From positions 144,956,001 to 145,020,000 of the forward strand of contig OZ320313.1 in NCBI GenBank assembly GCA_976226885.1: a DNA stretch of 64,000 nt, written 5' to 3'. Source of the stretch: Iphione sp. A-MEVVRFRX5 (lineage: Eukaryota). The notes below the pieces were generated by a model. It did not search any database. It was not told where the DNA came from and worked only from the letters and a program-made list of their open reading frames with translations. This document shows positions 13,501 to 28,399 of the stretch, one piece after another. The position numbers and the translations under genes are program-made. The number at the start of each line of letters is the position of its first letter. Positions within the stretch are counted from its first letter, which is position 1.

Positions 13501-16500
13501 CACTTCTTAATGACATGAGTTGGATTGCACGGATTACCCATTTCATGCCAATAAAAAAATTCTTTTTGCTTTGTCCGTTTGACATTTCCGCAGTACCCAG
13601 CGGCCTCGGGGAGTCGATGTGTCTGAAATATGTAAACTGCCCGTAGATAAGAGAGTAATGTTTAACGACAAATCGGAGTCTGATGAACTTAATTTCCTCT
13701 GGCCCCGTTTTTATCAGCTCAGTAAGCATCTGGAATGGAAATGTGCTAAAACGAGGAAATGTCAACAGAAAAGTGCGTCTTTCTGTTATTTTGGTGACAT
13801 GATCGCTCCTGTGGTCACCTTAAATGCTTTTGTATGATCCGATAATGAGTGGCCTTCTCGGACAATTAATGAAAATAATAACCAATGGCTGCCAAGGTTA
13901 ATTTAATAGTCACATAAGGAAAGCATAGCTTGGATACTTCCGTCTCCACAAAGGTCAAAGGTGACAGTTGTGTTCTTCTTGTTTTAAATCTGCTCATTAT
14001 TACAAGTTAGTATTCAAACATTTGGAGGTGATTGCTATTTTCAGCATATTGAAAATAATCGATAAGATAGGTATGTACACTATCTCAGGCAAAACGATTA
14101 CCTTCGTGGGCTTTCCCTTCACTAGATGATGTAGTTGAGCATAGATATATTTATCCTATTCATCTTGACCGAATACGTTTGCACGGTACACATATTGGTA
14201 GAACAAAAACCAAAAACCAAAATCGGCCTAGATGTTCAGCTTAGCTATGACAAGATGAAAACCCGCCCGTACTAATTGATTAGTAGCGACATGGACACGG
14301 AAGGAGGACAGGCCCTAAGGTGGTCCAAATAATCTGCTAGTTACTATTCAAGACAGGAGGGGGATACCAGCCGAGAAAGACGTCGTACTAATGCTGCAAG
14401 AACCTAGAGGTGCACCCCTGGCTATAGAAAGAGACATGACGTGAACATTGTCAGATAACAAAGCCGACAACAGACTTGTCTGACAGTCCCTCCTGCTCCT
14501 GTGCTAATGAACAGGGCTGATAGGAACAATCCAACGGCGGGATCTTTTCTGTGCTGCTTCTCCTGATGCTGCACCTGGATCAGACAGGATATGTGACCGC
14601 CAACGGAAAGAAGCAGTGTTTGTGTGGTGGAAAGAGGGGGGGGGGGTGTGAGGCTGGGTTCATTAACAGAGGACCCTTCCATGTTAGTGGGGTACACTGA
14701 TGCCATCCCAAAGGCCCCATAATGACCCTGAGACCATACTTTCTATAATAATACCATACCCAGAGATGTGTCTGCGCCATATCCTTTCTCTTCCGTTACA
14801 CCTGGCGCTTGATCCCTCTAGATGAGCTGATCATTTACGTTTTTTCTATATTTTAACACAGCCACCTTATCGTTGAAAGACTCATTAGTGTACAAATTCT
14901 CAATATAAGTAAAGTGATTCCTCTGTGACCAACATTTTTTTTGTTGTTGATGGTGTAGTCGGTTACATGGGACTGTAGGTTGTAGAAATATTTTTAGCTT
15001 GCATTCCAAGTCAATCAGTTAGGATGTATTGTCGGCTGTACTGTAATCGATTATAAAGGGAGTACTGTGCTCATAAGCACTAGCTAATAGCACTTGTAGG
15101 ATATATAAATGATTATATGGATATATTTTGTAATGGCCGATTGTTAGCATGTTTTTGTGTCCTGGTTGCTAGGGACGTCACATTCTTAAATGCTCCTAAT
15201 ATATGTCCCACATTAAAGGCATTGGGTATTTTCCGGATCCCACAAACAATGCAGCAGCTTACCTTATCGCACAAGCAAAGAACAGGAATCTCTCACACAA
15301 GCATTGATACGCTTCAGGCGCATAGAAAAACTATGCCTACCAGAGCAGCCAACATGAGCGCTGTTATTAAACCACAATCCTTTCAGACATAGTAGTTCGT
15401 TGTCAGACGTTTAATTTCTCTTCGAACTATGACACTCTCTGGATAAGGAGCCTATCGTCCTCCGCGAGGGACGCTGAACAATTGGTTAAATCCCAGCATC
15501 TCAGCGCAAAGTCGTCCTTTATTCGTAATTCAGGTCGTGTATGAATAATTGATAAGTGGCCTAATCCAGTGGGGCGGCGGCTGTTGATCGAATTGTTCTA
15601 CCATCCGCCTTGGAGGACAATGGAGGGATGGATTATGATAAGATTAGAAGGTGTAACTCGGGGCACAGCGAGAGTATTTCTAAGTATGTTTATGTACTTG
15701 TGCATATGTGCGCGTGATCCCAGAAATGCCGCCTCATTGTACATGTATTGATTGACTGTGCAAAGTCTCTGCCAAATCCAACGTGTATTCACCAACGAGC
15801 AAGACTCATGCCTTGTAAACGCTGGCTTACCTCCAGCACCATGTGCCAGTTCGCACGGTTCTGCAGCTTGTAAAATTTACTAGGCAACATTCATTGTCTT
15901 AATATGCATGGTTTGCCAAAGTAAATGGCGCTGACATTATGACCGTTACAAAACTGATATAGCTATTAGCTAGAAATAACAGGACGAAGAAAGACATGAT
16001 TGAGTGCACAGGACGAAGACAGCGAGGTTTTCTTCACTGTTGTTTAATCATTAATTCGCTTGCAGGGCATGTATAGGATGGTATACAGGCTATCGACACT
16101 TATACTGCTAACAAATAGGCGAATCGGAATTGTAAGCGGTACCTCGAAGACCTTCGTAAGTAGAAAGCCTATCTGAACGTGGAAGACTTAAATCAGATAA
16201 TCACAAGAAAGAGATTGATAAGGAGAGCATGGAGAAGACAGGGCGAGCTACAGTCTGACAGTCTGCTAATAGAGGGAAGCCACGGCATACTAGTGTAAGT
16301 GACAGTACGCACCACTACAATACAGCCTTCTCACTCCAGGGTTCCATTTAAGGTGCTTCTCGTGCAGAGTTGCAGGATACGACTACAATACGGGATAGAG
16401 CGATCGAGTCAGAGACAGAAAGCAGACACGGAAAGATGGCGGCCGTGATTTAATAAAATGTAGGAAGCAAAACGGGCCGGCTGCATATTTGTCGCCTTGG

Positions 16501-16780
16501 AGTCAAACGTCCGAGTTGACAGCCATAAACCATGGTAGGCTGCAGTCATCAACCCCATTTAACCCCTGGCCTTCCTAACTGCTACTCACAGGTTGTCGAC
16601 GTCAGGCAGTTGGTCTTCGCCAATTGCCACTGCCAGAGCCAATCTGATCATTGACAATTTTGCCGTGTGGCATTCGGAAGACTGACTGATAGGGTTCCCC
16701 TCTTTCTACGGGATCTTGTGTATGGTTCCATGCATTCCTGCTGGTATTTGCTTCCCCCCAGGGTCACCTCCTTCTCGTGT

Positions 16781-16784
<4 letters not shown>

Positions 16785-16824
<40 letters not shown>
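16785..16824. repeat. (CT)n microsatellite
   Basis: Direct reading. Confidence 0.97.
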
Positions 16825-16828
<4 letters not shown>

Positions 16829-19800
16829 TTTCCTAGCAAAATGTTCCACATAATTCACTCGATTCACACGAAACCTCCTCTATATTTTACCGTACTAATT
16901 CCACTGTTTTCTTCCAGTAAAGCTCGTTCTTTCATGCTATCGCTCATTAACCCATCTTGCCACCATTTCTTTTTTGCCGAGCCTGTTAGGAATGCAAGGG
17001 CAGCTGAACCATTTTTGTCCCTGGGTGCTAATACCATTATCACGTGCAAGCGAATGGCAAATCCTTTTCATTTCCCATGTTTCTTTCCCATTTTCATGTT
17101 TGATTCGTGCCAGGCGAGATCCCGCCGCCAAACATTCAGTTCCACTGTAGCCCAACCCTCACCCTCTCCCATCTGCATGCACGAGGTGACTCGCCTAAAA
17201 CGCAGTGGCACGGAGAGTGAAATTAGTTACGTAAAAGCCCGGTCGGCACCGCCGACCGAGGAAGCGGTCAAACGACCCACAAGGTCACCCAGCGCACAAC
17301 GCCACGAACTTGGGAACTGCCCCTTTATTCTAAATATAGACCTTTCTTCGCATATCATTTCCGAATGGGGTTTACGCTCGACGAAACACTCGGCCCCATA
17401 GTGAACAAATGATGGCTGCTTTGCGAACGATTTGGACAGCAAGGGCTAACTCTGTCAGTGGACAGAGTGATGCCTGGTGATAGTAGTATAAAGAAGTGCA
17501 TAGTGGTGTCCCTGTCCGGGCTGCCTCAGAGATCAGTATGATGTCCATCTTTATTCTTTTTCTCGTTAACCCTATATGTCAGCCGTGGGCTTTTTGTCAC
17601 ATATTCCACGGGTGAGCCTGGCCGAATAAGCCATGCTAATAAGTTTGAAATGCAATCAACTGGCCAACTGTAATATGTGAGGTATTGTTAGAGGATCGGA
17701 AGGTGCAAATAATATGCATAAACTTAAGTGATTGTATGATTTTTACCGAAGCAGAGTATGCTTACAAAATTGGTCAAATTCTAAGTACAATAAATAAAAA
17801 TCATATCAGAAATAAACACCGCATTTATTAGAATATAACACATGATACATGAATATGATGATACATGATACATGAATATGATACAGAGCAATTACACGAA
17901 TGTCACTTTGCTGTGTGCCATTTGGAGTGCCTGCAATCAAATACATGTAATTCTGGAGCTGGTCTTCGGGCGGGACTTCTCCAAATCTTGTATCAAAATA
18001 AGAGAAATACTGTCTTGATGTGCCTGGTTGATGCTCAAGGTGATTGTTCTTTTGAGACGTACTACCATGATAAGACTTCTACAGTGCGTCAACCTGACTC
18101 CAAATTCCCGAGTTAAAGTTTACGTCTGGAATTGTTGCTTAGAGACATAGTAAGCAATTACCAGGAAAGCTTATGTATGGAGTAAGTGTTTCCCTATCCC
18201 ATCGGAGGAATAGTAAAATGAGTGTCTCCTAAGGTCAACTAGTGTATTTGAGCATGTATTCTATTGTTTCAGACTAAGCCATGCTATTAGTTGGATAGAC
18301 ACCTCTTAATGCATTTACTTGATATGCTTCCACAGCAGGGATACACATTCAGCTATGCCTGGTGGTAAGCCCCACTGTGAAAATATCTCATTAACTACTT
18401 TACTCGGTATCTAGCCATCCCATAATAATGAAGCACATCATTCGTTAAATATGAGCTGTTCTGTCCTTCGAGCTGCTAATCCTACGTCGTGTGAACTGCT
18501 CGTTCGGTATATCACCTATACACAATTAAAAGTATCTATATTGTACATGTATGTATTACATGTAATCATTAAATATCGTCTGAAGTGGCCTCTGAAGAAA
18601 AGGCAAGTGTCTCCCCTTCCTCCAATTATCCTGGTTGGTATACGAGAACCCATGCACTGACTAATAAGGAATCCCCTATCCTGTCATTATGTCCCTAGGC
18701 TACATGTAATCATTTCCCTTGCAGCTTTAAGGAAGATATTGATTTAGCCTTAAATCCCAAGATACTTCGTCCTCCGTCCTGGCCTTGCTCCCTAGGAATC
18801 GGATCAGAAGCAGAATGATTTTCGCTGCGGAGCACCCTCTGAGGAGTACGTAGTCCAGCAACATACATGAGCATACCCCAGAGGAGAATAATTATGCTAC
18901 TGAACAAGAATAGAGCAGCAGAGATCAAAAAGACCGTATAAGGAGAGTCTTTATTGAACCCGTCACTCTGTTGTTATCACCGGCACGTGTTGTAATGAAG
19001 GTTAGACTTACGCAGACAACTTACACAAATAGGTGCGATGCTGGTCTTATGCTGAGAAAACCACCACAGCCTCGTCCGCTCGTATTACTCCCTGGGTCCC
19101 AGCTGGGTAGCCTATGGTGATCCCATATGAGATTTTTCATGGGTTTCATCTGGGCATAACCTGGGCAAGCCCAGCGGTGCAAAGGTGATATACCGGTATA
19201 TTGTCTCTAGAAGCACCATCTCAGTCTTTAAAAGAGAATGGTTTATACATCCTATAAAAGAAAAACAAGATTGGTAAAGCTTCGCTTCCCCAGGAATGGT
19301 CCAGCTGGAGTCAGTGGACGAAACCACCTGGGAGTCACATGAGCTGTCCTGCTGGGGCCCAGCAGGGGCCAAGGTAGCAACACTAGATGGATCAACAGGA
19401 GCTCGCTAGTCTCAAACTGCCTCTTCTCGACAATTTATATAGATTATAGTTTTCTGTCTCTAGGGTGCTGGTTTAATGGTTCAGATGTGCGCACTCAAAG
19501 CAAAAAGCAATTTCTATACATACATTTATGCGTATACAGTATTCAATAATACCTCCTGCTGAATGGGCTGCTGGCAGTGTCCCCTTCAGTAATTGCCTCA
19601 GGAGGAGAAACGCAGAACTGGGGAATATGAAAGCTTTGACTACTGACCGTTTCACAGCCAGTCTATCTTGGAGCTGGTTGGAAGGTGTGGGACAACGGTT
19701 GGGGAACTTAAGAAAGAAGAGCATAGGAGAGCTGATCCTGAACTCGTGTGACCTTCCTGCAGGGCAAGTCACCCAAGGATATAATCCAGAGATTGTGGGA

Positions 19801-22800
19801 GAATAATTCTGACCACGACACCAACATCGTGGACTTCATTAGCACAGGTTGGGATATGCATGAAATGATGTCACATTTCACATTACCATTCGTACGTGTA
19901 TCGGTGGAAAAGTATCACAAACCTTCAACATGCATACAATACATTTAGTTTGATGTATTTTTTATGAACTATAATTGACCTTTTGATCAGCTTTGGTGTG
20001 CCTCCATCGGCCAGGTTTGAATACCCCGACACACTCAAATCTAAACACCGTATGTACTGCATTTTAAAACGAAATATTGAAGGATGTGGACTAAAAACTA
20101 AACCATTCATGGGTGCAATTTTTCTTCGCAGGTATCTATCCTGCCTCCACTGGGAATCCTTGAGTTATTAACGTAGGTAATACGCACGAGCAGAGTCAGA
20201 CACAAAACAACATAGCCTCCTTGGGAGAATATTACCTGATCGCGTGCTCACAGTGCCTATAAGTTCTTGGAACGTGTCCTCCTCCAGCCGTGGCTATTAT
20301 ATGTAAACTGTATGTAATTGCTTGCCTATTTTATTGCTTAAATCTTAGTTTGAAGCCTTGAAATCATGATCGTTCTATTATACTCCGTGTCTCCTGTATG
20401 GGTTTGTGAATCATCAAAAGACTCGCAACGTGTTGCTTAATCTTTCCCTGCCCGCTCATGTTTAGATTTAGAGCTGCTCTGAAAAGAGCACGATTGCCTG
20501 ACCAATGGATGAAGCTTCACAGCATCTTTTCCCCATTTTTACTTTTCCATCCGTAGCTCGAAATAACAGTGCCACGCAAGGTTCGTTTACGTTTTAAGGG
20601 ACGAGCAAATATATACTCCTTGAGAGGAATAAAATTTGCGTCTTTCAGATGGGAATGGTTTTGTTTCAGTCGGCTCGTATAGCGACCTCATGGTCTGTGA
20701 AGCATGTTCCAGCTCCGCGGGGAGGGAAGACACTGTGTAGAAATAGCAGCAGGCGTCGTCGCGCGTACAACGGGAGCGCCCATTGCGTGCCGGAAGAGAT
20801 CGCGGCGGCCTTCTGGTCCCGCGGCGAGCCTCGTCTATTATATGCCGTCTTTCGGGATTTCCATGCGATGCTTTATGTCGAAGTAACTCGATCTGGTGGG
20901 TTGGTCACCAAGCAAACAAGGCTGAGACCTCACTAATGGCAGGCTGGCAGCGCTGGATCCCTGCTCTTTAACCTATTCGCAATGTTTGCCTGTTGTTGTT
21001 GTGTGTATATACGCGTAATTATATATGTAGATATATTTCTGTGTAGGTATTTAACGTCAGAAATAGCTCCGTATTATACAAACGTACAGATATGTATGTA
21101 ATACGGGAATACTTCTGACACGTTGGTTTGTATTCGAACCTGGGCAGGTGGGGAAAGAAAGATACAGAGCGCTCGGCTTTACAGGAGCCGAACTGGCAAA
21201 CCGACGAGAGGAGGCCATTCAAAGGCGCGTCGAGTCTTTGATGGACGCTGAAAACGGTATTAACAAAGGCAGCATAATGCACATCCTCTGCAGGTGATGC
21301 AGCGTGCAATAAATTCTCTTGTGTATACTTAATGTTAGCAGGCTCTCTACAAAAATAGGTCGCCCTCATGTGGATCTTTATCATATTTTAGGAAGCCTAG
21401 TTAATGATTCACCTGTTCAGTAGAATAAAGCATGAATGATAGACTTTCTTTCTCAAACATAGTTTTTTTAACCGAAAAACATACATGCACTTGAACTGTC
21501 ATGTCCCTTTGAATTGACTGTCTCCTTATATAAAGAAATTTTGTGGTAACCAATTGTTAACTTGATAGTTTAAATGTGACGTTTTGTACAGAATATTCAT
21601 CATATGGAGAAAGCCGTCAATAACTGAAGCACGGCTTCAATAAAAACACACTATTTATTATATAGCTCCATGTCGTTATGTGGCTAAATCTGTCCGCGAA
21701 ATGACATTTTGGACAATTTTTAAGAACCGAAGCCCGCCGGCTGGAAATTTCCAATTCAGTATGAAAATTGGAAACAGTATCCAGACAGCAACTGGTACGT
21801 GTTGCACCTTTTTAAACAGATTCACCAACGTTACTTCTGAATCAGCAGAAATGTTATCTGAAACGGATAAGGTTTTGTATGGCCATCTTTTATTTTGCAG
21901 CATTGATGAAGAACTATTGTTGCCATCGCGCCGCTATGATATTCGTGTCGATGAAAAGATTTCTTTATATAATATCTTGTTCCATTTTAATGGGATCTGA
22001 GTTATTCAGAGGCTGTCCAGGGTGGGATACCATACACTTGAAATAGCTTTTGACTTAACAGAAGAAGCATTAAGGGAGACTTAAAACATTTAAATTGCAA
22101 AAAAATACTTTGTATTCATATGTTTTCCAACAGGACTGTCATATACATGTATATTCCATACATTTAATTTGTTCTAACTTCCACCAATGTCAGATAGCTC
22201 CCTGTAGCCGCTATAGACCAAGATGATAATACTTCTACATGCTGAGTATTTGATTTAACCGCGGGCCATCTGGCAGCGAGCCTACAGCAAAACCCACACC
22301 GACCTCATACTGTACTCATAATGCAGTGCAGTCTATAAATATACATATGCTTTAATCATACGTACTATATAGAGAGATGCTCAGCTGCATGTCAGTCTCC
22401 CATGTACAGTGAATGTAATGACACTGAATTATATCCTTGAATGGACTACTTTGAGTGCAGTTCACGGATGTGTTAGAATGGATCTGTGTGAATTTAATTC
22501 CACTGTTCTTGTTTTTCTTCGGAACGAAGCTCATTTTTTCGGAAAGGTTCATTTGGTGAAGGATATTCCAATCCATTCGCACTGTCTTTCCAATGAAAAA
22601 ATGCATCATTATCCACCATAACTATACTTATTCAGCAAGTTGCGCTGTAAACATAACCTCCATGTTGTTTCATTCTTCCTGAGTTTAGGTTATCTTAACC
22701 GTCGGCAATCCCTGGGAGGAGGAGTGTGCGTTCAGTTTTTTTTAATTGGGCCCGTCCTCTTTAATTGGGGTGGCCTGCAGATTCCGCCGTCTCTAGCGCC

Positions 22801-25800
22801 AAGCTTAATACGTGTACCGTGTGAGACCACCTTACCTTCTGCACCAGGTTTCAGTAAAGAGCAGCCTAAAGCCTGTGGCAGTCACTTCGAGATAGGTACT
22901 TCCTTTTGCATCCCCTCCAGTGTCGAGCTAAATTTAAGGGCACTTCATGCGTACCATACGGCTTATTTTCAAGCAAACCAATTTTCAGCTAGTCGGCGTA
23001 AAGACTAATGTCGTTATCGATCTAGCCTCACTAGACTGTAAGCTGTGGCGGCAGGGCTGCTCAGGGTCACTAGGGCATGCTGTAGCCTTTCTGGCTGAAG
23101 TATCCTCCATTGTCTTTGATCCTGTAGGTAAATCCCTGGATGTTGGTCGGTTTCGCTCCAAAGCCTTTTAGCCCACAGCTGAAATCGTATTTCCGTAGTA
23201 TACTACGGAAGCAAATATAAAGGTGGGCGTAAACCTGCAGGACTGGTTTACCATTGTGACTTGTCTTTGACACTTATGGGACTTGTTCCTCCTTTCGTAT
23301 GTAGCACTCAGTGAGATGATAAATGAGGTTTTTTCCCCATTTTCTTATTTCCTTTTAACGTTCACTACTTTCATTCATAGATGTGCTAATCAAGATCTTA
23401 GTCTGGAAGTAATGCCTTGCTTATATTCAAAGCTGGGAAGAGTGACATAGGCGCCTAGGTCTATTGAGAATATTGAACTGCTGATAGCTTGAAGAACTAA
23501 CCAGATGCCATACGATTTCATTAAGATTATGTTAAATGTTTCTTTTTTCATTGTTCTCCACTTTCCCTAAATAGACTAACGTTAAAAAGAGGTTGTACAC
23601 AACTTTCTCACGTCCATCGCTGAGTTCCATGTCTTTATATCACTATTATTTTAGAGATTACACGGTAACAAGAATTGCGGCCGCGTTTTCCAACAACTGA
23701 AAGGACGCTGAAAAAAGCGCCTTAAAATCGCCGTAGGAAACTGTTAGTCCAGCAGTAGCTTTCCGTTTTTAGGGAACTGTAGGTGGTACAAGCTGCAGTG
23801 GAACTAGCTTCGCACACGTAGCTCTCATCTGTCGCATTGTTTACCATTTGATAGCACGATCAGGAGAATACGCTTTTCGAGGCTCCTGCATAATTATTAA
23901 AATTCATAGGGATCAAGAATGCAACCATGGAAGGAGTGCGCTAGCTAGATGTTTCCTCCCTCCCAGTACGATCACTGTGTGTATATTGTATATCTTCTTC
24001 AGATGGCCGACGACTGTTCACCAACGTCTTCTCTGGGACAAAGGCAGATGGAATCAGTATCCTCATAAGTCATGAAAGAATGACAGGGGTCTTCAAAACA
24101 TCTTATCGTTTCCTTTCGTACACAATATGTTCGCTTGTAATTCATGACTGGTACATCATTCTTTTGCGGAATGTGTCACATTTTACTAATATCTGTAACT
24201 ATATTTGCGTTCGCTGTGTAGTAGAAAACACGTCTAGAAACTTGTGATAATTGTCCAGCTTATTTGATCCAAATAACTAAGGTAGGTAGGGCCAATATGT
24301 ATTACTTAGTTTATATTGAAGTCGTGGAGAACATTTTCCCACAGTCATCATCAATACAGGAGACCCAAACTCAAATTTAAATCACAAACTTGAATGAAGA
24401 CTATTATAAATTAAACCATTAACGCAACTCGGTATTAAAATGCACAAATTGCGATCGGGATGATTATGGTAAACTCTGCAAGCAGTGAGAATTTGGTAGA
24501 AATTAAAAGGATGATGGGACCTAATATATGTCACAATTGGATTTGATATATATAGCATCACAGACGCAATTACCTACCAGATGCTACCCACCTTTTTCAA
24601 ATTACCAGTTTACAATTTTACGCTTCCAAGAGTAAATTCGCATTTTGCATGTTTAGGCATTGATGTTCACTATTGCTTCAAAAACGCCAGACACTACAAG
24701 GCTTTGCTTGATGAGAAGCACCGACTGGCTTGGGGTTACGTTGTAGTAGTGTCATTTTAGTGATTTCTTCTTATTGGCTGTCTTCCCAGCATTGTGTGCA
24801 AGCCTCTGATTGCACGCCACCTGCTCTCGTTTCTTCAAAATGAGCTTTCTACCGGACAGAGTATGTCATTTCTGCCATCTTCTTTCGCCTCAATTTAATT
24901 TTTAATGTCAAGTAGCCTCTTGTTTCTTTACCAGAAACCCCACCTATATCTTATCTTTCCCTTTTCTGTAAATAGACTATTAGTTTAAAACGGAGTAAAT
25001 TTTTTATATGGTAGAATGGTATGGTAACATCCGGTTGTAATAAATAGCACAACGGACCGCAGAACCTTCCCTCAAATAAATGTATGTATGGTGTAATTAA
25101 CAACCTTTCAGCTCTCCATTCATTAAAGAGATAGTCTCAAAACATGCTGAAATATTATTATCTGTCCTATGTTGAAGTATATCTATAGCTATAATGGCAG
25201 TGACTATCACAGGAAAATTGTCGGATATGTTATTATACTTGGACAAGAAGCAGTAGTAATAGTACAACTAGTTTTAACATTTATATCACTGTAGCGAATG
25301 TCGTAAAAAATGAAGGCCGTTAGAATAATGCTTTGTTGTACTACTGTGGACATAATGGAGGACCATTGCCTGCTAAGAGAAAACAAGTTAATATGTGACT
25401 CCTAGTAACAGTCAATCCTCTTCCTGGCGTTTCTAGTGTATTGCATGGGAGTGGTAGGGTCACTCGAGGTTAGGTGCCAATCGGTGGTTGGGTTGCTTTG
25501 TTGGCACGGACGGGAGAAGTGTCTCCTTTGCCTAGGCAAAGCTCCCCAGACTCACATTGATGAGCGCCTTTCATCGCCCCGGGTCTGTCAGTCAATAATG
25601 GCTGACCAATGCGTCCCTGTGGCACAAGAGGGGAGGGACGGGCAGAGAAAGGAAGCCTAGCTTGTGGTGGGGCGGGGGGCGGGGGGGGGCAGTTGGTGCA
25701 GAACCTAGGAATGGCTGATTTACCATGGGAAATAGCTGTATTGATGAGACAGAAGGAGAAACTCAATAAAGGACAGCAACATGACAGAGAACGAGAGAGA

Positions 25801-26043
25801 GTGGAAATGACAGGGCGTGGGGAAGGAATACAGGAAAGAGTGGAAGAGGCAGGGGAGAAATGACAAGTTAGTGATAGACACACAAACTTGGGGAGTGACA
25901 AGCGCACAAAATGAACACAAGGAAACACATGTAACGTAAGCCCTTCACCATTCCATGAGCTCACCATTCCAAGCAGGTACAAAATGAAGGTATTAACACA
26001 GCACCTCTCAGTATTCCAACATCTTGACATTGGAGGGTACAGG

Positions 26044-26107
26044 AAATCATTTGATCCAAGAGATCAAATCATTTGATCCAAGAGATCAAATCATTTGATA
26101 CCAAGAG
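26044..26107. repeat. 22-bp tandem repeat, ~3 copies
   Basis: aaatcatttgatccaagagatc at 26044 and 26066, with a variant at 26088. Confidence 0.92.
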
Positions 26108-28177
26108 AGTGCTGCGAGGATTCCGGTATTTTCTGTTACTGAGGTATATAGATTGGAAATGCCCTAATGTAACCACTGGAGGGGCCAACTTATTCTGCCC
26201 TCAATGGTTGCCCTTATTAGAGGGTTGTGTTCTTACAAAGCATATTATATTGGGCCTAAAAATGCTTCCCTATATTTTGAGTTGCCCTCCTAGTTGGGTT
26301 GCCCTCAGAGTGAGATGCTGCTGTACAGATTATTTCCAGATAGGTGAACAATTCGCATAGATACAGATACAGAATGCCCACTGGGAGGTGCCGAGGAAGG
26401 CAGCATCGGAAGGAAAGAAGGCGCCCGCCCGATGATCGACCGTTTGTATGCGAGCCGGGGGTGCGATGGCACACAGAGTGGCTTAGAAAGGTCACAGAGC
26501 AGCGGGAGCCCGCTTAGGGCGGCCCGTCAAACAGTCCGGCGATCTCAGCCAAAACTGCCGCTCCCTCAAGATCATCGATTCTTACATCGTGGCCAATATC
26601 AGAGGTGCCCAAGCCAAATAAGAGTCCTGGCGACTCCCTGTTGTAGTACTAGAGGTCAGAATAGTGAGCTGCATGGACTTCGCGGTATGTCGAGTGGGAG
26701 GCAGGCTGTCTGGCTTCTTTGTTGGAAGCACAGAGAACGCAACACAGAATGCTTTTGACGTTATCACATATATTTTCTTTCCACTGCCGTACAGTTCCAA
26801 TACAGAAAGGATGGTCAGATGTGATAATGTTAGTAGTCAGGGGGAATGAAAGCGTGATGTTATCAACTCAATACAAAAACAAAAAAAGCCGGAAGCCACA
26901 GCCCAGTAGTATAGGTAAATGTACCTTTATACGAGGCGCGCTTAAATCCATCGAGATGGCAAGCTGCAGCTTTGTGTGTGCTGGACGTGCTAGGTGTAAT
27001 TTACATCACCGTGTGGCCACATTTAAATGGACTAACTGATGGGGCACTTTATATCTTTTGAGATATTTCAAACCACGTCATGTGCCATTCTTCGTGGTAG
27101 TCCATCCGTTACATGCTATGTTATACCTGATAGAAGGAGCGGTCTACTCATACTCGTACTATATTCTGAACACATGTGTACTGTACTTTAATTAACATTT
27201 TAATTTTTATCAATGAATACAAGTGTTGAATCATTAACACTTACAATAAGTCGGTGCATACACCTGTACCCTCTGACAGAGAAACGTTTTATATTTTTTC
27301 AGTAATTTAAGTGTTTAACAAGTCATAGACGCAGACAACAGAAATGTTCAGTCATTTACTCCTATCAAAGCATATCCGTGATAATCATTTTGAACAAATT
27401 GACATACATAACGTGTCAGACAAAAGGTGTTTAAAATTAAACATTTTTCTAGTGCGTAGATACAAACCCGTGAAGTTTCATGACCAAACTCTGTATTTTA
27501 CCCTCTACGTGTGACTCATAAGTCACTTCTGTTATACTAAGGATACACCTAACTCAGTTGGCATGCTAGTACTCTCCTTTATCATATGGTTATGCCGATA
27601 AAGAGATGCAATACCTTATGAACATAACGATTCCATACACACCATTGTATAGCCCACCTTGGGGTGTATGGACCTCCCACTGTCATGCTTCTAGCCGATT
27701 TTTCATAAACTAGATGAAATGATTAATATTTAACATACCATCGGTGATAATTTGTAGTAAAATGCTAATCTGGATGATTATTAGAGGAAAATATTTCTGT
27801 TAGAAGCGGTGTTAGTCATTCTGCTTCAAATATACACTATCCCAGCATGTGTACTTGCAAAGTTGAAAGATCATATGACCCAATAGCTCGTACATACTGA
27901 AAGTTTATGGAAGTAAAAATGACAGTAATGACAGAGCAAGACATAGCTTTATTATCATGAAAAATAAGGCATTTCATCACTCAAAATTCACCAGCATCAC
28001 CACATAATAAATAGAATACATAGACAGTGTGCTGATATAACCGGCCGATCTGGTTCCGTGTGGGAAGCGAAGCAGACCAAGCCCAAAGTGCACAGTCTGC
28101 TTCGCTTCCCTTACTGAACTCGCCTGGCCGGTTATATTGACGCAGTGTCTACATATTCTCTTAGTATGATATAATGT

Positions 28178-28193
28178 CTGAATCATTAGTTCT
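28178..28193. repeat. Left copy of the 16-bp direct repeat (candidate TSD) of the PLE
   Basis: ctgaatcattagttct, identical to 30507-30522. Confidence 0.8.
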
Positions 28194-28399
28194 CGATCTA
28201 AACATGGCCAGCTCGTCCAGCAGGGTGCTACCGTGTCTGGTTGTAGTCATTCAAGTGAGTGATTGTTGTATGGGATCCAGTTTTCAGGGACTGAAGAAGT
28301 GTCAACATGGGTAGTATAGGTAACTGTTCCATGTCTATTCTGATGTCACACAAAACAAAACTGGCTTTTGTTTAAGATTGAAAATTTTCTATCCTGATA

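Noticed and set aside
16850-17200. Minus-strand AALAFLTGSAKKKWW, resembling Ty3/gypsy gag
   Set aside because: One short motif with surrounding stops; no LTRs, protease, RT or integrase nearby.
16667-17401. 244-aa ORF, the longest outside the Ngaro element
   Set aside because: It runs through a (CT)n microsatellite (SLSLSL) and has no recognisable motif; probably a chance frame.
19348-19366. Perfect hairpin cctgctggg-g-cccagcagg and nearby cccag/ctggg words
   Set aside because: Could be CACTA-like MITE debris, but no matched TIR/TSD pair could be defined.
20649-20700. ttcag|DGNGFVSVGSY, resembling an EF-hand loop
   Set aside because: Lacks the Glu at loop position 12 and the flanking helices; the frame closes soon after.
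25470-26030. 186-aa minus-strand ORF
   Set aside because: Derived from a purine/pyrimidine-biased low-complexity tract; no domain features.
26380-26720. GC-rich segment that looks like a processed pseudogene
   Set aside because: Stops in the most protein-like frames, no recognisable family, and no poly-A or TSD.
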